Source: Acidobacteriota bacterium
GTDB taxonomy: Bacteria > Acidobacteriota > UBA4820 > DSQY01
Assembly: GCA_037384885.1 (NCBI GenBank)
Contig: JARRNO010000001.1
Location: 1-48,202 of the forward strand
Reading direction: 5' to 3'
Length of the DNA stretch: 48,202 nucleotides
The notes beneath the pieces are model-generated. The model made no database searches. It was not told the DNA's origin and saw nothing but the letters and a program-made list of their open reading frames with translations. Within the stretch, counting starts at the first letter, position 1, and each line of letters opens with the position of its first letter. A program made the position numbers and the translations under genes. This document shows positions 26,482 through 38,737 of the stretch, in pieces.

Positions 26482-28707
26482 TTATCCTCCCACGACCCGC
26501 TTCAACCCGTTTTCCCAAGTGCTTCGAAGTCTTCCCACGTCAAGATCTACCAGCCTCTGCCCATCGACGTTGACGACGAACCGGTCCCCCCCGACCGTTC
26601 CCACCAGGGTGGCCTCGATCCCCGCTTCCCGGGCCTTGTTGACGACGGGCTGAACAATGTCGGGGCTGCAGCTTGCCAGGGCGCGGGATGCATCTTCACC
26701 GAAAAGGAGCTCGTCCAAGCGGTGCGACCTCGCCTGGAGCGAGGCGGTCACGCCAAGCCGGCTCCTCTCGCCCAGACAGCATTCGGCCAGGGCGACCGCC
26801 AAGCCGCCGTCGCTGCAGTCGTGAAGGCTGTGGACCTTTCCCTCCGAGGCGAGGTCGCGCAGCAGCTTTTGAAGCGCTTTTTCACGATCCCAGTCGAGAG
26901 GCGGCGGCGCGCCCTTCTCAACGGCATGCACCGCCCAAAGATACTCGGAAGCTCCGAGATGTCCATCCGTCCTTCCCAAAAGGAGAACGGCATCCCCCTT
27001 CTGCTGAAAATGGGAAGGAACGGCCTTGGAAACATCCTCGATCAAACCCGCCATGGCGATGGACGGCGTGGGGTAAATCCCTTCGGAATTGGTTTCGTTG
27101 TAAAAGGAGACGTTTCCAGAAACGACGGGCGTATCCAGTTCGCGGCAGGCGTCGGACAGCCCCTCGATGCTCCGCCGGAACTCCCACATAACCTCCGGCT
27201 TCTCGGGATTGCCGTAGTTGAGGCAGTCCGTAACGGCCAGGGGGAGAGCACCGGAGCAGGACACGTTGCGAGCCGCTTCGGCGACGGCGTGTTTCGCGCC
27301 TTCGTAAGGATCGAGACGGCAGTAGCGTGGGTTCACGTCGAGGCTGAGGGCCACCGCCTTGGAGGTCCCCTTGATCCGGACGATGGCCGCGTCGCTCCCA
27401 GGACCCGCCACGGTATTGGTCCTGACCGTATGGTCATACTGCCTGTACACCCACCTCCTGGAACACAAGTCGACGCTTCCCATCAGCTGCAGCAGCGTCT
27501 CTTCCGGGTCGCGGCAGTCGGGAATGGTGGACAGATCCAGGTGGAGCCTCTCTTTGAAATCCCGGCGCTCAAGGGCGGGCCGGTCATAGGCGGGGGCATC
27601 GTCCACCACCAGGTCCACCGGAAGGTCGGCCACCTTTTCTCCCTTCCAGAAGATTTCGGCCCTTCCGGAATCCGTCACGGAACCGACCGGAGAAGCTTCG
27701 AGCCCCCACTTGGCGAAGAGGGACTTCACATCTTCCTCATGCCCCGATGCGGCCACGATCAGCATCCTTTCCTGGCTCTCGGAAAGAAGCATTTCGTAAG
27801 GCGTCAGACCCTCCTCGCGCAGGGGGACGGCGTCCAAGTCTAGCCGGATGCCCGAGCCGGCGCGGGCGGCCATTTCAAAGGAGGAAGAAGTGAGACCTGC
27901 AGCGCCCATGTCCTGGATGCCGACGATCACGTCTTTTTCCATGAGTTCCAGGCAGGCTTCCAGCAGACGCTTTTCGGTGAAGGGGTCACCCACCTGGACG
28001 GTGGGCCGCTTTTCTTCGCTGGCCTCCGAGAACTCGGCGCTCGCCATCGTAGCGCCGTGAATACCGTCGCGGCCGGTTTTGTTTCCCACGTACCAGACCG
28101 TGTTTCCCACGCCGCTCGCCGAACCGCGAAAGATCCGGTCGCTTCGCAGCACCCCCAGCGTGAAGGCGTTCACCAGGATGTTTCCATCGTAGCAGGGATG
28201 GAAAAAGACCTGCCCCCCCACGGTGGGAACGCCCACGCAGTTGCCGTAGTCGCCTACGCCGGCCACGACGCCCCGCATCAGGGCGGGAGTCTTGGGGTGG
28301 TTCGGGCTGCCGAAATGGAGGCCGTTCAGGTTTGCGACGGGGCGGGCCCCCATGGTGAAGACATCGCGAAGAATGCCGCCGACACCGGTCGCCGCACCCT
28401 GGTAAGGCTCAATGTAGCTCGGATGGTTGTGGGACTCCATCTTGAAGCAGACGGCCCAGCCGTCGCCGATATCCACGACACCGGCATTCTCGCCGGGCCC
28501 CTGGAGCACTTGCGGGCCTTGGGTGGGAAACTTCTTGAGGTGCACGCGGGAGGATTTGTAACAGCAATGCTCGCTCCACATAACCGAAAAGATGCCCAGT
28601 TCCGTAAAGCTGGGCGTCCGCCCCAGTCTCTCCAGGAGGGTGCGCCATTCCTCCGCGCTCAGTCCGTGGGACAGCGCCAGCGCTTCGGTGACTTCCGGTT
28701 CATGCAT
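26482..28707 (-). CDS. purL: Phosphoribosylformylglycinamidine synthase subunit II
   Basis: 741 aa; [14 protein letters not shown] and [28 protein letters not shown]. Confidence 0.95.
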   Translation of the reverse strand: MHEPEVTEALALSHGLSAEEWRTLLERLGRTPSFTELGIFSVMWSEHCCYKSSRVHLKKFPTQGPQVLQGPGENAGVVDIGDGWAVCFKMESHNHPSYIEPYQGAATGVGGILRDVFTMGARPVANLNGLHFGSPNHPKTPALMRGVVAGVGDYGNCVGVPTVGGQVFFHPCYDGNILVNAFTLGVLRSDRIFRGSASGVGNTVWYVGNKTGRDGIHGATMASAEFSEASEEKRPTVQVGDPFTEKRLLEACLELMEKDVIVGIQDMGAAGLTSSSFEMAARAGSGIRLDLDAVPLREEGLTPYEMLLSESQERMLIVAASGHEEDVKSLFAKWGLEASPVGSVTDSGRAEIFWKGEKVADLPVDLVVDDAPAYDRPALERRDFKERLHLDLSTIPDCRDPEETLLQLMGSVDLCSRRWVYRQYDHTVRTNTVAGPGSDAAIVRIKGTSKAVALSLDVNPRYCRLDPYEGAKHAVAEAARNVSCSGALPLAVTDCLNYGNPEKPEVMWEFRRSIEGLSDACRELDTPVVSGNVSFYNETNSEGIYPTPSIAMAGLIEDVSKAVPSHFQQKGDAVLLLGRTDGHLGASEYLWAVHAVEKGAPPPLDWDREKALQKLLRDLASEGKVHSLHDCSDGGLAVALAECCLGERSRLGVTASLQARSHRLDELLFGEDASRALASCSPDIVQPVVNKAREAGIEATLVGTVGGDRFVVNVDGQRLVDLDVGRLRSTWENGLKRVVGG

Positions 28708-29401
28708 GGGCGGCCTCCAGGGTCTTCAAGGCGCTTCGCAAAATCGCCGCGCCGTCTTCATTCCCGAGAACGGCTTCGCTCGCGCGCTCTGGATGGGGCA
28801 TCATTCCAAGCACGTTGCGGCCTTCGGACAGCACCCCTGCGATCGCATCCAGGGAGCCGTTCACATTCCAGGCTTCGTTCACATCGCCGTTCGGATTGAC
28901 ATACCGGAAAAGAATGCGCTCCTCGCGCTGGAGCCGCTTCAGGGTTTTCGGATCGGTGAAGTAATTGCCGTCGTGGTGGGCGATGGGAAGCCTGAGAACC
29001 GTTCCCTTTCCGACGTGCCGGCTGAAGGGAGACTTGGAGGTTTCACACCTCAGATACACATCCTGGCAAAGAAACGCCAACCCCTGGTTCCTCAAGAGCG
29101 CTCCCGGGAGAAGTCCCACCTCGCAGAGAATCTGGAACCCGTTGCAGATCCCAATGACAAGGCCGCCGCTCTTGGCGTGCTCGATGACGGCATCCATGAC
29201 GGGCGCCCGCGCCGCCATGGCGCCGCAGCGCAGGTAATCGCCGTAGCTGAATCCGCCCGGAAGGATCACAAGGTCCGCACCCTTCAAGTGGGTTTCTGTG
29301 TGCCACACCAGTTCGGTGGGGATGTGGAAAAGCCGCGAAGCCCACTCGAAAGCGTCGTGGTCGCAGTTGGAGCCCGGAAATTCGACGACGGCGGCCTTCA
29401 T
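28700..29401 (-). CDS. purQ: Phosphoribosylformylglycinamidine synthase subunit I (glutaminase)
   Basis: [33 protein letters not shown] and MMPHPER. Confidence 0.95.
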   Translation of the reverse strand: MKAAVVEFPGSNCDHDAFEWASRLFHIPTELVWHTETHLKGADLVILPGGFSYGDYLRCGAMAARAPVMDAVIEHAKSGGLVIGICNGFQILCEVGLLPGALLRNQGLAFLCQDVYLRCETSKSPFSRHVGKGTVLRLPIAHHDGNYFTDPKTLKRLQREERILFRYVNPNGDVNEAWNVNGSLDAIAGVLSEGRNVLGMMPHPERASEAVLGNEDGAAILRSALKTLEAAHA

Positions 29402-29643
29402 GGCTCCACCACCTCCACCGAAAAGCTTTCGATGACGGGATTGGCGAGAAGCTTACGGCAGTAGTCCTCAAGACGCCCTTCCTGCTCCTCCCCCGGTACG
29501 GTCCCCGTGTCAATATCAAAGAATTTGCCCTGGCGGACCGAATGGACTTCGGAGAAGCCCAGGCCCTGCAGCGCCTGGCTGACCGCCTTGCCCTGGGGAT
29601 CGAACACCCCGTCCTTGAGAAAAACATGAACCCGAGCCTTCAT
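29398..29643 (-). CDS. purS: Phosphoribosylformylglycinamidine synthase subunit PurS
   Basis: 81 aa starting MKARVHVFLKDGVFDPQGKAV. It overlaps the purQ start by 4 nt. Confidence 0.85.
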   Translation of the reverse strand: MKARVHVFLKDGVFDPQGKAVSQALQGLGFSEVHSVRQGKFFDIDTGTVPGEEQEGRLEDYCRKLLANPVIESFSVEVVEP

Positions 29644-29757
29644 GAGGGTCTCCTTCTTGCCTTCCGCGGATTCTGGAGAACCGGACCTGTCCGGAGTGGA
29701 AAGTTTACCAAACCGGCGCACTCCGATCTACCGTATTGACCAGGCTTACCGAAGGTA

Positions 29758-31059
29758 TCAGTTCTTTGCCCCGAATACCCGCTCAAACAACGTGTCCACA
29801 TGGCTCAGATAGTTTTCCGGCCTGAATTCCTTCGCCAGATCTTCACGGGAGATCCGGTCCGCCACCCCGGGTTGCCCGGCCAGCAGATCCAGAAAATCCC
29901 CCTCCCCGGCCCAGCACCGCATGGCCGCTTCCTGCACCACCCTGTAGGCGTCTTCCCGGCTCAGACCAGTTCGCGTCATCGCCAGGAGGGCCTGCTGTGA
30001 ATAAATTAGTCCATGCGTCCTTTTCAGGTCTGCTTCCATGGCTTGAGGGTAGACCAGGAGATTCTCAAGGATGCCTCCCAGGCGATGCAGCATGTAATCC
30101 AGGAGCGTCGTGGCGTCAGGAAGGGTAATCCTCTCCGTGGATGAGTGTGAAATGTCCCGCTCGTGCCACAACGCGACGTTTTCCAGGGCTGGAATGACGT
30201 AGCCTCGCAGAAGGCGCGCCAGGCCCGTGATATTTTCGCAGCCCACGGGATTGCGCTTGTGCGGCATGGCGGAAGAGCCCTTCTGGCCCTTGGCGAAGGG
30301 TTCCTCAACTTCCCGCACCTCCGTTTTCTGAAGGTGCCGGATTTCCGTGGCGATCTTTTCGAGATTGGCGCCCGCCAGGGCGATCGCCGAGAGGACTTCG
30401 GCGTGCCGGTCCCGCTGGATGACCTGCGTGCTGATGGGATCGGGCGAGAGTCCGAGACGCCGGCAGACCCCCGCTTCCACCTCCGGCGGCAGGTGGGCAA
30501 ACGTGCCCACCGCGCCTGATACCTTACCGACGGCGATGGCTTGCCTCGCCCTGGAAAGTCTTTCCCCGGCCCGGTCCATGTCCGCATGCCAGAGAGCGAA
30601 CTTGATCCCCAAGGTCGTGGGCTCTGCATGGATGCCGTGGGTGCGTCCAATCATAACCTGATCTTTGTACGCATACGCCTGGCGGCGCAGGATCTCCTTG
30701 AAGCGATCCAGCTCTTCGAGGATCATGTCCAGCGCGTCGCGCGTCATGAGCGCAAGCGAAGTGTCTACAACGTCGGAGGACGTGAGACCGTAATGGAAAT
30801 ACCGGCTCAAATCTCCGATGCTGTCGGCGACGCTCGTGGTAAAGGCGATCACATCGTGACGGACCACCGTTTCCACTTCTTCGATCCGCTTGATGTCGAA
30901 CCGGGCGTTCGACACGATGTCTTTGGCGGCTTCCGAAGGAATCAGGCCGAGCTCCGCCTGCGTTTCCACGGCCGCAAGCTCCACCTTCAGCCAAGCCGTG
31001 TAGCGGTTCTCGTCGGACCAGTGCTTTTTCATGCCCTCACGGGCGTAACGTGCAATCAT
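29758..31059 (-). CDS. purB: Adenylosuccinate lyase
   Basis: Start [10 protein letters not shown] with SD AAGGAAG. Fumarate-lyase signature [11 protein letters not shown]. Confidence 0.9.
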   Translation of the reverse strand: MIARYAREGMKKHWSDENRYTAWLKVELAAVETQAELGLIPSEAAKDIVSNARFDIKRIEEVETVVRHDVIAFTTSVADSIGDLSRYFHYGLTSSDVVDTSLALMTRDALDMILEELDRFKEILRRQAYAYKDQVMIGRTHGIHAEPTTLGIKFALWHADMDRAGERLSRARQAIAVGKVSGAVGTFAHLPPEVEAGVCRRLGLSPDPISTQVIQRDRHAEVLSAIALAGANLEKIATEIRHLQKTEVREVEEPFAKGQKGSSAMPHKRNPVGCENITGLARLLRGYVIPALENVALWHERDISHSSTERITLPDATTLLDYMLHRLGGILENLLVYPQAMEADLKRTHGLIYSQQALLAMTRTGLSREDAYRVVQEAAMRCWAGEGDFLDLLAGQPGVADRISREDLAKEFRPENYLSHVDTLFERVFGAKN

Positions 31060-31081
31060 GGCTCTTCCTTTCGCGCGCCGT

Positions 31082-31849
31082 TCAAGTCTTCCATGGGGTG
31101 GACGGGGCATGCGCCGCCGCAACTTCCAACGCCGTCTTGCCGCCGTTCAATATGTCCCGGGCCGCCATGGCGGCGAGCGCGGGATAGTTGTTGTTGAGCG
31201 AGAGGTGCATCAGGTAGACGGCCCGGGTTCTTCCGTTCGCGGTTTCTTTAAGCAGCGCCGCCCCCTGGTCGTTGGAGAGGTGGCCCAACCCGCTCCTCAG
31301 CCGCATTTTCAGATGGGCCGGATAGTGTCCGTGAAGCAGCGTATCCAGATCGTGGTTGAATTCGATCAGAAGACAATCGCAGCCCTGCATCGAACCGACA
31401 ACCTTTGGAGTCGCCGCGCCGAGATCCGTGGCGTGCCCGATCCGCACCCCCTCCGCCTCGAAGACAAATCCGAAGGCCCGGGCGGCGTCATGGGGCAGAG
31501 CGAAAGGAAGGATGTCGAATCCGCCGATTCGTACGCGCTCCCCGTCGCGCAGCGGTTCGAAGCCTGGGACCTCAATCCTTGAGAGCACGGGGGTATCCAT
31601 GCACTCCGGAGCCGCGTAAACCGGGACAGGGTGCTTCTTCAAAAAAACGCGAAGTCCCTGGATGTGATCCTGGTGCTCATGGGTGAGGAGAACTGCGCCG
31701 ATCCGCGACGGATCAAGCCCAGCTGCCGCCATCCGCATCTCCATCTGCCGGCAGGACAGCCCCGCATCCACCAGGAGGTGTGAATCTCCCGCCGTGAGGA
31801 CCATGGCGTTCCCAGTGGAGCCGCTGCCCAGGATTTGCACCCCGACCAT
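31082..31849 (-). CDS. MBL-fold metallo-hydrolase
   Basis: The HEHQDHIQGL (HxHxDH) motif, with a YycJ/PhnP-like size. The start overlaps the dut stop (TGATG). Confidence 0.8.
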   Translation of the reverse strand: MVGVQILGSGSTGNAMVLTAGDSHLLVDAGLSCRQMEMRMAAAGLDPSRIGAVLLTHEHQDHIQGLRVFLKKHPVPVYAAPECMDTPVLSRIEVPGFEPLRDGERVRIGGFDILPFALPHDAARAFGFVFEAEGVRIGHATDLGAATPKVVGSMQGCDCLLIEFNHDLDTLLHGHYPAHLKMRLRSGLGHLSNDQGAALLKETANGRTRAVYLMHLSLNNNYPALAAMAARDILNGGKTALEVAAAHAPSTPWKT

Positions 31850-32292
31850 CAGAATGTCCCCGTGTGGCCGAAGCCGCCCTCGCCCCGGCTGGTATCGCTC
31901 AAATCAACGTGTTCTTCCGGATCCCACCGCGTAACGGCGGAGATGACGAGCTGCGCCACGCGCATCCCCCTCTCCACTACGAAGGGCTCGCCACCGAGAT
32001 TCGCGAGAATGACCCGCACTTCGCCGCGGTAATCCGAATCAATGGTCCCGGGGCTGTTAAGGCAGGTCACGCCGTGCTTCAGCGCCAGTCCCGACCTCGG
32101 GCGCACCTGTCCTTCGAATCCATCGGGAATTTCGAAAACGAATCCGGTCGGTACGGCCCTGCGTTGCCCCGGTTGAAGCACAAGCGGCTCCTGAACGGCG
32201 GCCCTCAGGTCGGCGCCCGCCGCCCGGGTGGTGGCTCTCTCGGGAAGCGGAAGGCCGTGGGAATGGGGAAGTCTCTTAACGGCGATTTTCAC
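31849..32292 (-). CDS. dut: dUTP diphosphatase
   Basis: 147 aa; [17 protein letters not shown] and [11 protein letters not shown]. Confidence 0.9.
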   Translation of the reverse strand: MKIAVKRLPHSHGLPLPERATTRAAGADLRAAVQEPLVLQPGQRRAVPTGFVFEIPDGFEGQVRPRSGLALKHGVTCLNSPGTIDSDYRGEVRVILANLGGEPFVVERGMRVAQLVISAVTRWDPEEHVDLSDTSRGEGGFGHTGTF

Positions 32293-33569
32293 GTAGCCTT
32301 CTCCAAGACAGAGAATTCCAAGCCCTTCAGGGCCGAATCGTAACCCATGACGCCCACCAGGAGGCGGTCCGAATGAAACACAGATTGTGCGGTGTCCACC
32401 AGGTCCCGGACCGAAACGCCCTTGATGGCATCCACCACCTCCTCAACGCTCCGCTGCCGCCTGTAGTAAAGCTCGTTTCTCGCCATTCTGCCCATGCGGC
32501 TCGAGGGGGATTCCATCGAAAGCAGAAAGCCTCCGAGGAGGTTGTCCCGGGCGATGTCCAGTTCGTCTTCCGTGATCCCCTTGCCGAGAACGTCCAGGAG
32601 AACATTCAGAATCTCTTGCACCGTCCGGTTGGCCTGGTCGTGTCCCGCCGCCGCCTGGATGATGAACAGTCCGGCGTCCAGGAATCCGGTGTGCTCGGCC
32701 GAACTCGAGTAAACCAGGCCGAGCTTCTCGCGGATGTCCGTGAACAGGCGGGAGGACATGGTGCCGCCGAGCAGGTTGGCCAGGAGCATGAGCTTGTATG
32801 CCTCGGGGCTGGAAGCGGGTTCGGATCCAAAGGCCATGATCAGCTGCGCCTGCTCCAGGTGGTTCCTTTCGAACACCGCCGTGCCCGGGGAAAGCTTCGG
32901 GGGTTTGGGGGAAGGCGACTCCCCTGTTTCCAGACGTCCAAGCCCTTGCGCCACCTGCCTTCTGACACTCCGCGGGGACACGTTCCCGGTCACCGTGACC
33001 ACCAGGTTCTGGGGCCGCACCATTTCCTGGTAACGCTTGAGAAGCGAGGAGCGCTGGATGGAGGAGATGGACTCGCGGGTTCCCTGGACGGGCCGGCCCA
33101 TGGGATGGCCCGGGTAAGCCCGGGCGAGGAAGAGATCGCCGGCCAGGTCCCCCGGGGAATCGTTGACCATCTTGATTTCCTCCAGGATCACGCCTCGCTC
33201 CCGTTCCACTTCTTCGGGCGGGAAGGAGGGATTGGCGACCATGTCCGACAGCACTTCAAAGGCTTCTTCAAAATGCCCCTGCTGGACCCGGAAGTAGAAC
33301 CCCATGATTTCACGGCTTGTAAAGGCGTCCAGGACGCCTCCCATCCGGTCGAAACACCGGTAGATATCCGAGTAAGTGCGGGACGGCGTTCCCTTGAAAA
33401 GAAGATGCTCGATGAAATGGCTGGTGCCGTTCATGGACGGCTTCTCCGTCCTGGAGCCTCCCTTGACCCAGACTCCCGCGGTGGCTGAGTAAAGATGGGG
33501 CAGGGTTTCTACGACGAGAGTCACGCCGTTGGGCAGGACTTCCCTGTAGATTTTGACCTTGTCCCACAT
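32289..33569 (-). CDS. M16-family (insulinase/pitrilysin-like) zinc peptidase
   Basis: Start MWDKVKIY with SD AAGGGAG. Inverted zinc motif [11 protein letters not shown]. Confidence 0.85.
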   Translation of the reverse strand: MWDKVKIYREVLPNGVTLVVETLPHLYSATAGVWVKGGSRTEKPSMNGTSHFIEHLLFKGTPSRTYSDIYRCFDRMGGVLDAFTSREIMGFYFRVQQGHFEEAFEVLSDMVANPSFPPEEVERERGVILEEIKMVNDSPGDLAGDLFLARAYPGHPMGRPVQGTRESISSIQRSSLLKRYQEMVRPQNLVVTVTGNVSPRSVRRQVAQGLGRLETGESPSPKPPKLSPGTAVFERNHLEQAQLIMAFGSEPASSPEAYKLMLLANLLGGTMSSRLFTDIREKLGLVYSSSAEHTGFLDAGLFIIQAAAGHDQANRTVQEILNVLLDVLGKGITEDELDIARDNLLGGFLLSMESPSSRMGRMARNELYYRRQRSVEEVVDAIKGVSVRDLVDTAQSVFHSDRLLVGVMGYDSALKGLEFSVLEKAT

Positions 33570-33664
33570 GTCACCGCTCCCTTGAACTGAAAGGATATCA
33601 CGGCACCGCGGCTTTTGGGAGGGAGCAGGCACGCCGTTTCGCAACGGCGCCGCTTCAGGCTATA

Positions 33665-35290
33665 ATGCTTGCCATGAGAGCCGTTTCCGATTCGGACCCC
33701 CGGGAGGCGCCGTTGTCCCCTGACCAGCGATCCAGACAAAAACGGCTGTTGCTGTTGCTCGCGGGCGTCGGCCTCGCCTTTCTTTTCGGGCTGTTCAACC
33801 ATCCGCCCATTCCCTCCATGGAACCGCGCTTCGCCGAGGCGGTGCGGGAGATGGCCGCGCGGGGGCAGTATCTCATTCCCATCAAGAACGGCGTTCCTTA
33901 CATCGAGTATCCTCCCCTCTATTTCTGGCTCTCTCTCGCCGGCAAGCTGATCGGCCTCCCGGTGGCCGCCGCCATCCGCCTTCCAGGAGCGGCGGCCTTT
34001 CTGCTTTGGCTTTTCTGGCTTTTCAGGCTGCAGAAGCTGGTTCGTCCGCAGTGGCCCGCCGTGCTGTTGCCATTGACCTGCGCCGCCTTGCCCTCTGTCC
34101 TCTATAATTTCTTCACGGCGCAGAGCGACAGCGTGCTCATCCTCGGCGTCCTCATCGCCTTCATGGGGTTTGTTCGATTCCGCAAGCGGGAAGGCCCTTT
34201 CGGCTTCCCCTGGGAATTGTGGCTCGGCATCGCGCTGGCGGTGGCTGCGAAAGGCCCCGTCGGATTGGTGCTGACCCTTCCCATCATGGGGCTGGAGATC
34301 CTATCCGCGGCCTTTTTCGATCTCCCGGAACACAACTCCGCGGGGACCGGGCGCCTCGCGTGGGCCTGGCGCGAAGCTTGGCGCCTTCGCCCCGCGCACG
34401 GACTCGGCCTGGTGCTGCTCCTGAACGGGCCGTGGTACATCGCGGCCGGCCTGACGGTGGGATGGGAATTTTGCCGGGCCGTTCTGGTCTATCAGAACTT
34501 CACCCGCTTCTTCATCGGCTTCGACCACTTGCAGCCTTGGTGGTACTATCTAAAAACACTTTGGCCCGACCTCTTCCCGCTCTCTGTTCTGTTTCCCTTC
34601 GGGCTGTTGATCGCCTGGAAGCGCCGGCGCTATTTCCTATTCCGGCTTTGCGGCCTGTGGGCGCTTTTCACGATCGTCTTTTTCTCCTTCTCCCAGTCCA
34701 AACAGGGAAAGTACATTTTCCCTGCCGCCCCCGCGGTGGCGATCCTGGGCCTCCTTGCCGTCGAGGCCTTCCACTCCGAAGTATTCCGCCGACGCACCTT
34801 CAGGTTTCTCCAGACCTGGGCGGCCTTCCTCCTTACACTTTTCGCCGTGCTGGTCATCGCCGTTCTTCCCTTCTACAGTTCACGGATCGGAGGAGTGGAA
34901 GGCTTTCGAACAGTCCGGAGCGCGGTGGAGGCGCGCCCGGGCCGGCTGGTCACCTATCTCTGGCCGCGTTCCATGATGCTCTATGAACTGGGCGCTCCCC
35001 TCCCCTACGTTCGCTCGGCGCGTGAGCTTTACGAGAAGATCCACGGCGGTGAAATCAAACCCGGGGACTACGTCCTCGTCAACCGCAAGTACCTGCCGGG
35101 CCGGGGAGCACCCAAGCCGCTTGTCCTCTCACCCGCACCCCGGCCTCCCTTCATGGACCTGGTTCTGACCGCCAAAGCCGAGGGACGCCTGGACCTCTAC
35201 CGGATCCTGCCCGGGGCGGAAAAGGTCTCCATTCCGGCCACGCCTTCACCACCGAAACACTACTGGTGGGAAAAATTCGACACGGACTGA
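33665..35290 (+). CDS. ArnT/PMT-like glycosyltransferase (GT39/GT83 type) integral membrane protein
   Basis: 541 aa with more than 10 TM segments. The N-terminal EPRFAEAVREM...IPIKNGVPYIEYPPLYFW is typical of the PMT_2 family. Confidence 0.75.
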   Translation: MLAMRAVSDSDPREAPLSPDQRSRQKRLLLLLAGVGLAFLFGLFNHPPIPSMEPRFAEAVREMAARGQYLIPIKNGVPYIEYPPLYFWLSLAGKLIGLPVAAAIRLPGAAAFLLWLFWLFRLQKLVRPQWPAVLLPLTCAALPSVLYNFFTAQSDSVLILGVLIAFMGFVRFRKREGPFGFPWELWLGIALAVAAKGPVGLVLTLPIMGLEILSAAFFDLPEHNSAGTGRLAWAWREAWRLRPAHGLGLVLLLNGPWYIAAGLTVGWEFCRAVLVYQNFTRFFIGFDHLQPWWYYLKTLWPDLFPLSVLFPFGLLIAWKRRRYFLFRLCGLWALFTIVFFSFSQSKQGKYIFPAAPAVAILGLLAVEAFHSEVFRRRTFRFLQTWAAFLLTLFAVLVIAVLPFYSSRIGGVEGFRTVRSAVEARPGRLVTYLWPRSMMLYELGAPLPYVRSARELYEKIHGGEIKPGDYVLVNRKYLPGRGAPKPLVLSPAPRPPFMDLVLTAKAEGRLDLYRILPGAEKVSIPATPSPPKHYWWEKFDTD

Positions 35291-35334
35291 AAAGAAAGGA
35301 AAGCGCGGCCGCCACCCGCGTCACCGCCGGGCGC

Positions 35335-35577
35335 TCAGGCCTGCGCGCGTATCGTTCCGCCGCATCGGGGACACGTGTGGCGGACGGCCCCGCCCAACGG
35401 GATGGGTGCAAAAAACAGCCACAGGATCGTACGGTGCTTCAGCGCCGGCGCCGCTCCCGTCCATCCGCACTCCGGACAGGTCCCGTACCGGTCCTCCTCC
35501 GGAACACGCTTGCAGCCCCGCGTCACACCGAACATCACGAACAAGATGGCCTCCAAGCACCGCGGCTCCGTCCCCAT
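35335..35577 (-). CDS. Small zinc-ribbon membrane-associated protein
   Basis: 80 aa with two CxxC pairs (CPECG, CPRCGG) flanking a hydrophobic stretch (ILWLFFAPIPLGG). The start codon is uncertain and the SD is weak. Confidence 0.45.
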   Translation of the reverse strand: MGTEPRCLEAILFVMFGVTRGCKRVPEEDRYGTCPECGWTGAAPALKHRTILWLFFAPIPLGGAVRHTCPRCGGTIRAQA

Positions 35578-35663
35578 CTGACGGGACCCGCCAGGGGCTA
35601 TGTTACAATTTTGCCGGCCGGCGCGCACGGAATCGGCCGCAAGCCGGGAAAGGGAGGAACACG

Positions 35664-36458
35664 GTGCCGGAAAAAGTAACGGCGCTTATCCCCGCGGGGA
35701 ACGAGGCCCACCAGATCAAGGAAGCCATCGAAAGCGTCCTCTGGGCCGATGAGGTGCTTGTGGTCGTTGACGAGGCGGCCACGGATGGAACCGCCGATAC
35801 GGCGCGATCCTTTCCCGACCCCAAGGTCAGGGTTCTCGTCCACCCTTACGAATACCCTGCGCTCCAGAAAAACTGGGCCATTCCGCAGGCCTCCCACCCC
35901 TGGATCTTTCTCATCGACGCGGACGAAAGGCCCACGCCCGAATTGTCCGCCGAAATTCGAACCCTTCTTCAAGACGCGCCTCCGGCAAAGGCCTACTGGA
36001 TCTACCGCGAAAATGTCTATTTCGGAAGAGTCCTCAAGCACGGAGGTCTGCGCCGTGACAAAGTCGTCCGCCTTTTCCGGCGCGAGCTGCGGTATGACAC
36101 CAGGCTGGTCCATGAGGAGATCGAAGACAGGAAGGACGCCGGTTTTCTCTCCGGCACGTTGCGCCACTGCACCTTCAGGGACTGGGATCACTACCTTGAA
36201 AAGCTTCACCGCTACACCACATGGGGCGCCCTCCAGGATTACCATAAGGGCAAGCGCTCCGGCGTTTTGAACATCGTGTTCCGTCCGATCCACCGCTTCC
36301 TGAAACAATACGTTCTGCGGCTGGGATTTCTAGACGGGATTCCAGGCGCGCTGGTGGCTTACCTGGCCGTCTACGGCGTTTTCTTGAAATACGCCAAGCT
36401 CTGGGATCTCCAGAAGAGGGGCGGCTTCCCAGGTGAAGAAAAATCGCCTCGCCCCTGA
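35664..36458 (+). CDS. Family 2 glycosyltransferase (WaaE/KdtX-like)
   Basis: GTG start preceded by GGGAGGA. Contains ALIPAGNEA, VVDEAATDGT and LIDADERPTPEL. The 5' part of the tracked ORF (35406-35663) is not protein-like. Confidence 0.8.
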   Translation: MPEKVTALIPAGNEAHQIKEAIESVLWADEVLVVVDEAATDGTADTARSFPDPKVRVLVHPYEYPALQKNWAIPQASHPWIFLIDADERPTPELSAEIRTLLQDAPPAKAYWIYRENVYFGRVLKHGGLRRDKVVRLFRRELRYDTRLVHEEIEDRKDAGFLSGTLRHCTFRDWDHYLEKLHRYTTWGALQDYHKGKRSGVLNIVFRPIHRFLKQYVLRLGFLDGIPGALVAYLAVYGVFLKYAKLWDLQKRGGFPGEEKSPRP

Positions 36459-36494
36459 TTTGGGACCTCGAAAGCCCGTGATTCAAGGATCTTC

Positions 36495-36524
36495 TTGACA
36501 TTAACCGCCGTCGGCGACCATAAT
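36495..36524 (+). promoter_or_regulatory. Candidate sigma-70 promoter of nfeD-stomatin
   Basis: TTGACA-18 nt-CATAAT, about 30 nt upstream of the GGAG SD and the ATG at 36555. Confidence 0.5.
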
Positions 36525-36554
36525 GCTTCGGTAGGATTGCTCAGGAGTTCGGGT

Positions 36555-37928
36555 ATGCGGAAGACGCAAATCTGCCTTGCCGCAATGATTGCGTTCTTGA
36601 GTGGTGTGTCCATCGCCGCCCAGAACGTTTTCCGCATCACCCTGGACCAGGCTATTCAGCCGATTACCGAAGAATACGTTGTAAATTCCATTGTAAAGGC
36701 GAATGCAGACCACGCGTCTCTCATCCTGCTGGATCTGGACACGCCAGGCGGTTACGTGGATTCGGTCGAAAAGATCCAGAAGGCCATACTGGCCTCGCGC
36801 GCGCCGGTCGTCGCCTATGTCACGCCTTCCGGCGCCCGAGCCGCATCGGGAGGCGCCTATATCGCGATCACCTGCGACCTGCTGGTCATGGCGCCCGGCA
36901 CCAACATCGGCGCCGCCCACCCGGTGAGCATGTTTTCCATTCCGACGCCTCCTCCGGCAAAACCTGGGGAGGAGGGTAAGAAGGGACAGGCCTCGCATCA
37001 GCAGGGGTCGGTGGAGATGGAAAAGATCGTCAACGACCTGGCTGCCCACATGCGGACCATCGCCGTGAACCGGCATCGCAACGCCGAACTGGCCGAGAAA
37101 ATGGTCCGGCAGAGCATTTCACTCACCGAACAGGAGGCGCTCAAAGGCGGCTTGATCAACCTGATCGCCGATTCTCCCCAGCAGATCTTCGAATACGTGG
37201 ACACCCATCCGATCCGGCGCTTCAATGGCAAAGAAGAGAAAATCGTCCTGGGACCCGACCCACGCATTGTGGATCTGAACATGACGGTGCGGGAACGATT
37301 TCTTTCAGGCCTGGCGAATCCTTCTCTCGCCTTCATCCTGTTAATCCTGGGAGCGCTCGGCCTCTTCGTGGAATTCAAGAGCCCCGGCCTGATCTTTCCG
37401 GGGGTTCTCGGCGCCATCTTCATCCTGTTGTTTGTGCTGTCGACGCCCATTCTCCCGCCCAACGTCGTGGGCCTGCTTTTGATCATACTCGGCATTATTT
37501 TCTTCGTTCTGGAAATCAAGATCGTCTCATATGGAATGCTGACCATCGGGGGGGTGATCAGCTTGATCGTCGGGAGCATGCTGCTTTACAGTTCGGGTCC
37601 CGTCCCCGAACTCCGGCTGTCGTTCTACGTCACACTGCCCGTGGTTCTGGCCTTTTCCGGCATCGTTGTGTTTCTGCTGACGCTCGTGGCGCGCACATAC
37701 CGCCACCCCGTCACCACCGGGCAGGAAAGCCTCATCGGGCGCGAAGGGACGGTGAAGGTCGCCGTCTACGCCAAGCCGTCCGGGAAGGTCCTCGTCTTCG
37801 GGGAATATTGGAACGCCGTGAGCGACACGCGGCTGGAGCCGGGCGAAAGAATCCGCGTGGTCTCGCGTGAAGGAATGGTCCTGAAGGTTGAACCGTACAA
37901 AAAGGGGGAAAACGATGCCCAACATTAG
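36555..37928 (+). CDS. nfeD: NfeD-family membrane-bound ClpP-class serine protease
   Basis: Signal sequence, ClpP-like domain ([23 protein letters not shown]), 4-5 TM segments and a C-terminal OB domain ([22 protein letters not shown]). Confidence 0.85.
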   Translation: MRKTQICLAAMIAFLSGVSIAAQNVFRITLDQAIQPITEEYVVNSIVKANADHASLILLDLDTPGGYVDSVEKIQKAILASRAPVVAYVTPSGARAASGGAYIAITCDLLVMAPGTNIGAAHPVSMFSIPTPPPAKPGEEGKKGQASHQQGSVEMEKIVNDLAAHMRTIAVNRHRNAELAEKMVRQSISLTEQEALKGGLINLIADSPQQIFEYVDTHPIRRFNGKEEKIVLGPDPRIVDLNMTVRERFLSGLANPSLAFILLILGALGLFVEFKSPGLIFPGVLGAIFILLFVLSTPILPPNVVGLLLIILGIIFFVLEIKIVSYGMLTIGGVISLIVGSMLLYSSGPVPELRLSFYVTLPVVLAFSGIVVFLLTLVARTYRHPVTTGQESLIGREGTVKVAVYAKPSGKVLVFGEYWNAVSDTRLEPGERIRVVSREGMVLKVEPYKKGENDAQH

Positions 37929-38718
37929 CATTTCGGTGATCGCCGTCATCATTATCGTTCTCGGCTGGCTCTTTTCGTGCATCAACATCCTCAACGAGTA
38001 CGAAAGGGGCGTCGTCTTCCGGTTGGGCCGGGTCCTCCCGCAGCCCAAAGGCCCCGGCTTGATTTTCGTCTTCCGGCCCTTCGACCGGATCGTGCGCATC
38101 TCGACCCGCGTCATTGTCCTGGACGTTCCGCCCCAGGACGTCATCACGCGCGACAACGTCTCGGTCAAGGTCAATGCGGTGGTTTACTTCAGGGTTTTCA
38201 ATCCCCTTAGCGCCGTCCTTCAGGTCGAGAATTACATTTACGCCACGTCCCAGCTTTCCCAGACCACGCTCCGCTCCATCCTTGGCCAGGCCGAGCTCGA
38301 CGAAGTGCTGTCGGAACGCGACAAGCTCAACCGTGAACTGCAGAACGTCCTGGACGAACACACCGACCCGTGGGGCATCAAGGTCTCCAACGTCGAGATA
38401 AAACAGGTCGACCTTCCCCAGGACATGCAGCGGGCCATGGCGCTTCAGGCCGAGGCGGAACGGGCCAAACGCGCCAAGATCATCAACGCGGACGGTGAGT
38501 ACCAGGCGTCCCAGACGCTCGCCGACGCGGCGGGAGTACTAGAGCAGAGCCCTCTGACCATGCAGCTTCGCTACCTGCAGACCCTGACGCAGATCAGCCA
38601 GGACAAGACATCCACGATCATTTTCCCGATCCCGATCGAGCTCATTTCTCTGCTGGGCAAACTCGGTATCGGAGACGAACCTGCGAAAGCCAAACCTGTG
38701 AAGAAGCCCGGAGCATAG
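37915..38718 (+). CDS. SPFH/band-7 stomatin-like protein
   Basis: [14 protein letters not shown]...[18 protein letters not shown]. It overlaps the nfeD end by 14 nt, which is the classic nfeD-stomatin operon arrangement. Confidence 0.9.
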   Translation: MPNISISVIAVIIIVLGWLFSCINILNEYERGVVFRLGRVLPQPKGPGLIFVFRPFDRIVRISTRVIVLDVPPQDVITRDNVSVKVNAVVYFRVFNPLSAVLQVENYIYATSQLSQTTLRSILGQAELDEVLSERDKLNRELQNVLDEHTDPWGIKVSNVEIKQVDLPQDMQRAMALQAEAERAKRAKIINADGEYQASQTLADAAGVLEQSPLTMQLRYLQTLTQISQDKTSTIIFPIPIELISLLGKLGIGDEPAKAKPVKKPGA

Positions 38719-38737
38719 TCTCACGTGAACGGAGGTC

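Noticed and set aside
25516-27843. 775-aa plus-strand ORF spanning the purF/purL region.
   Set aside because: It is antisense to two unmistakable purine genes and crosses their intergenic gap. The sequence is low-complexity and Arg/Gly/Pro-rich.
29644-29757. Possible purine or ZTP riboswitch in the 114-nt gap upstream of purS. The 45-nt gap before purF was also checked.
   Set aside because: I could not find the conserved cores of the purine (three-way junction) or ZTP/pfl motifs by eye. An Rfam scan would be needed to be certain.
35406-35663. 5' extension of the GT2 glycosyltransferase ORF, which would add 86 aa.
   Set aside because: The extension is Pro/Arg/Ser-rich and overlaps the convergent zinc-ribbon gene. 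A GTG at 35664 with a GGGAGGA SD matches the usual N-terminus of GT2 enzymes.
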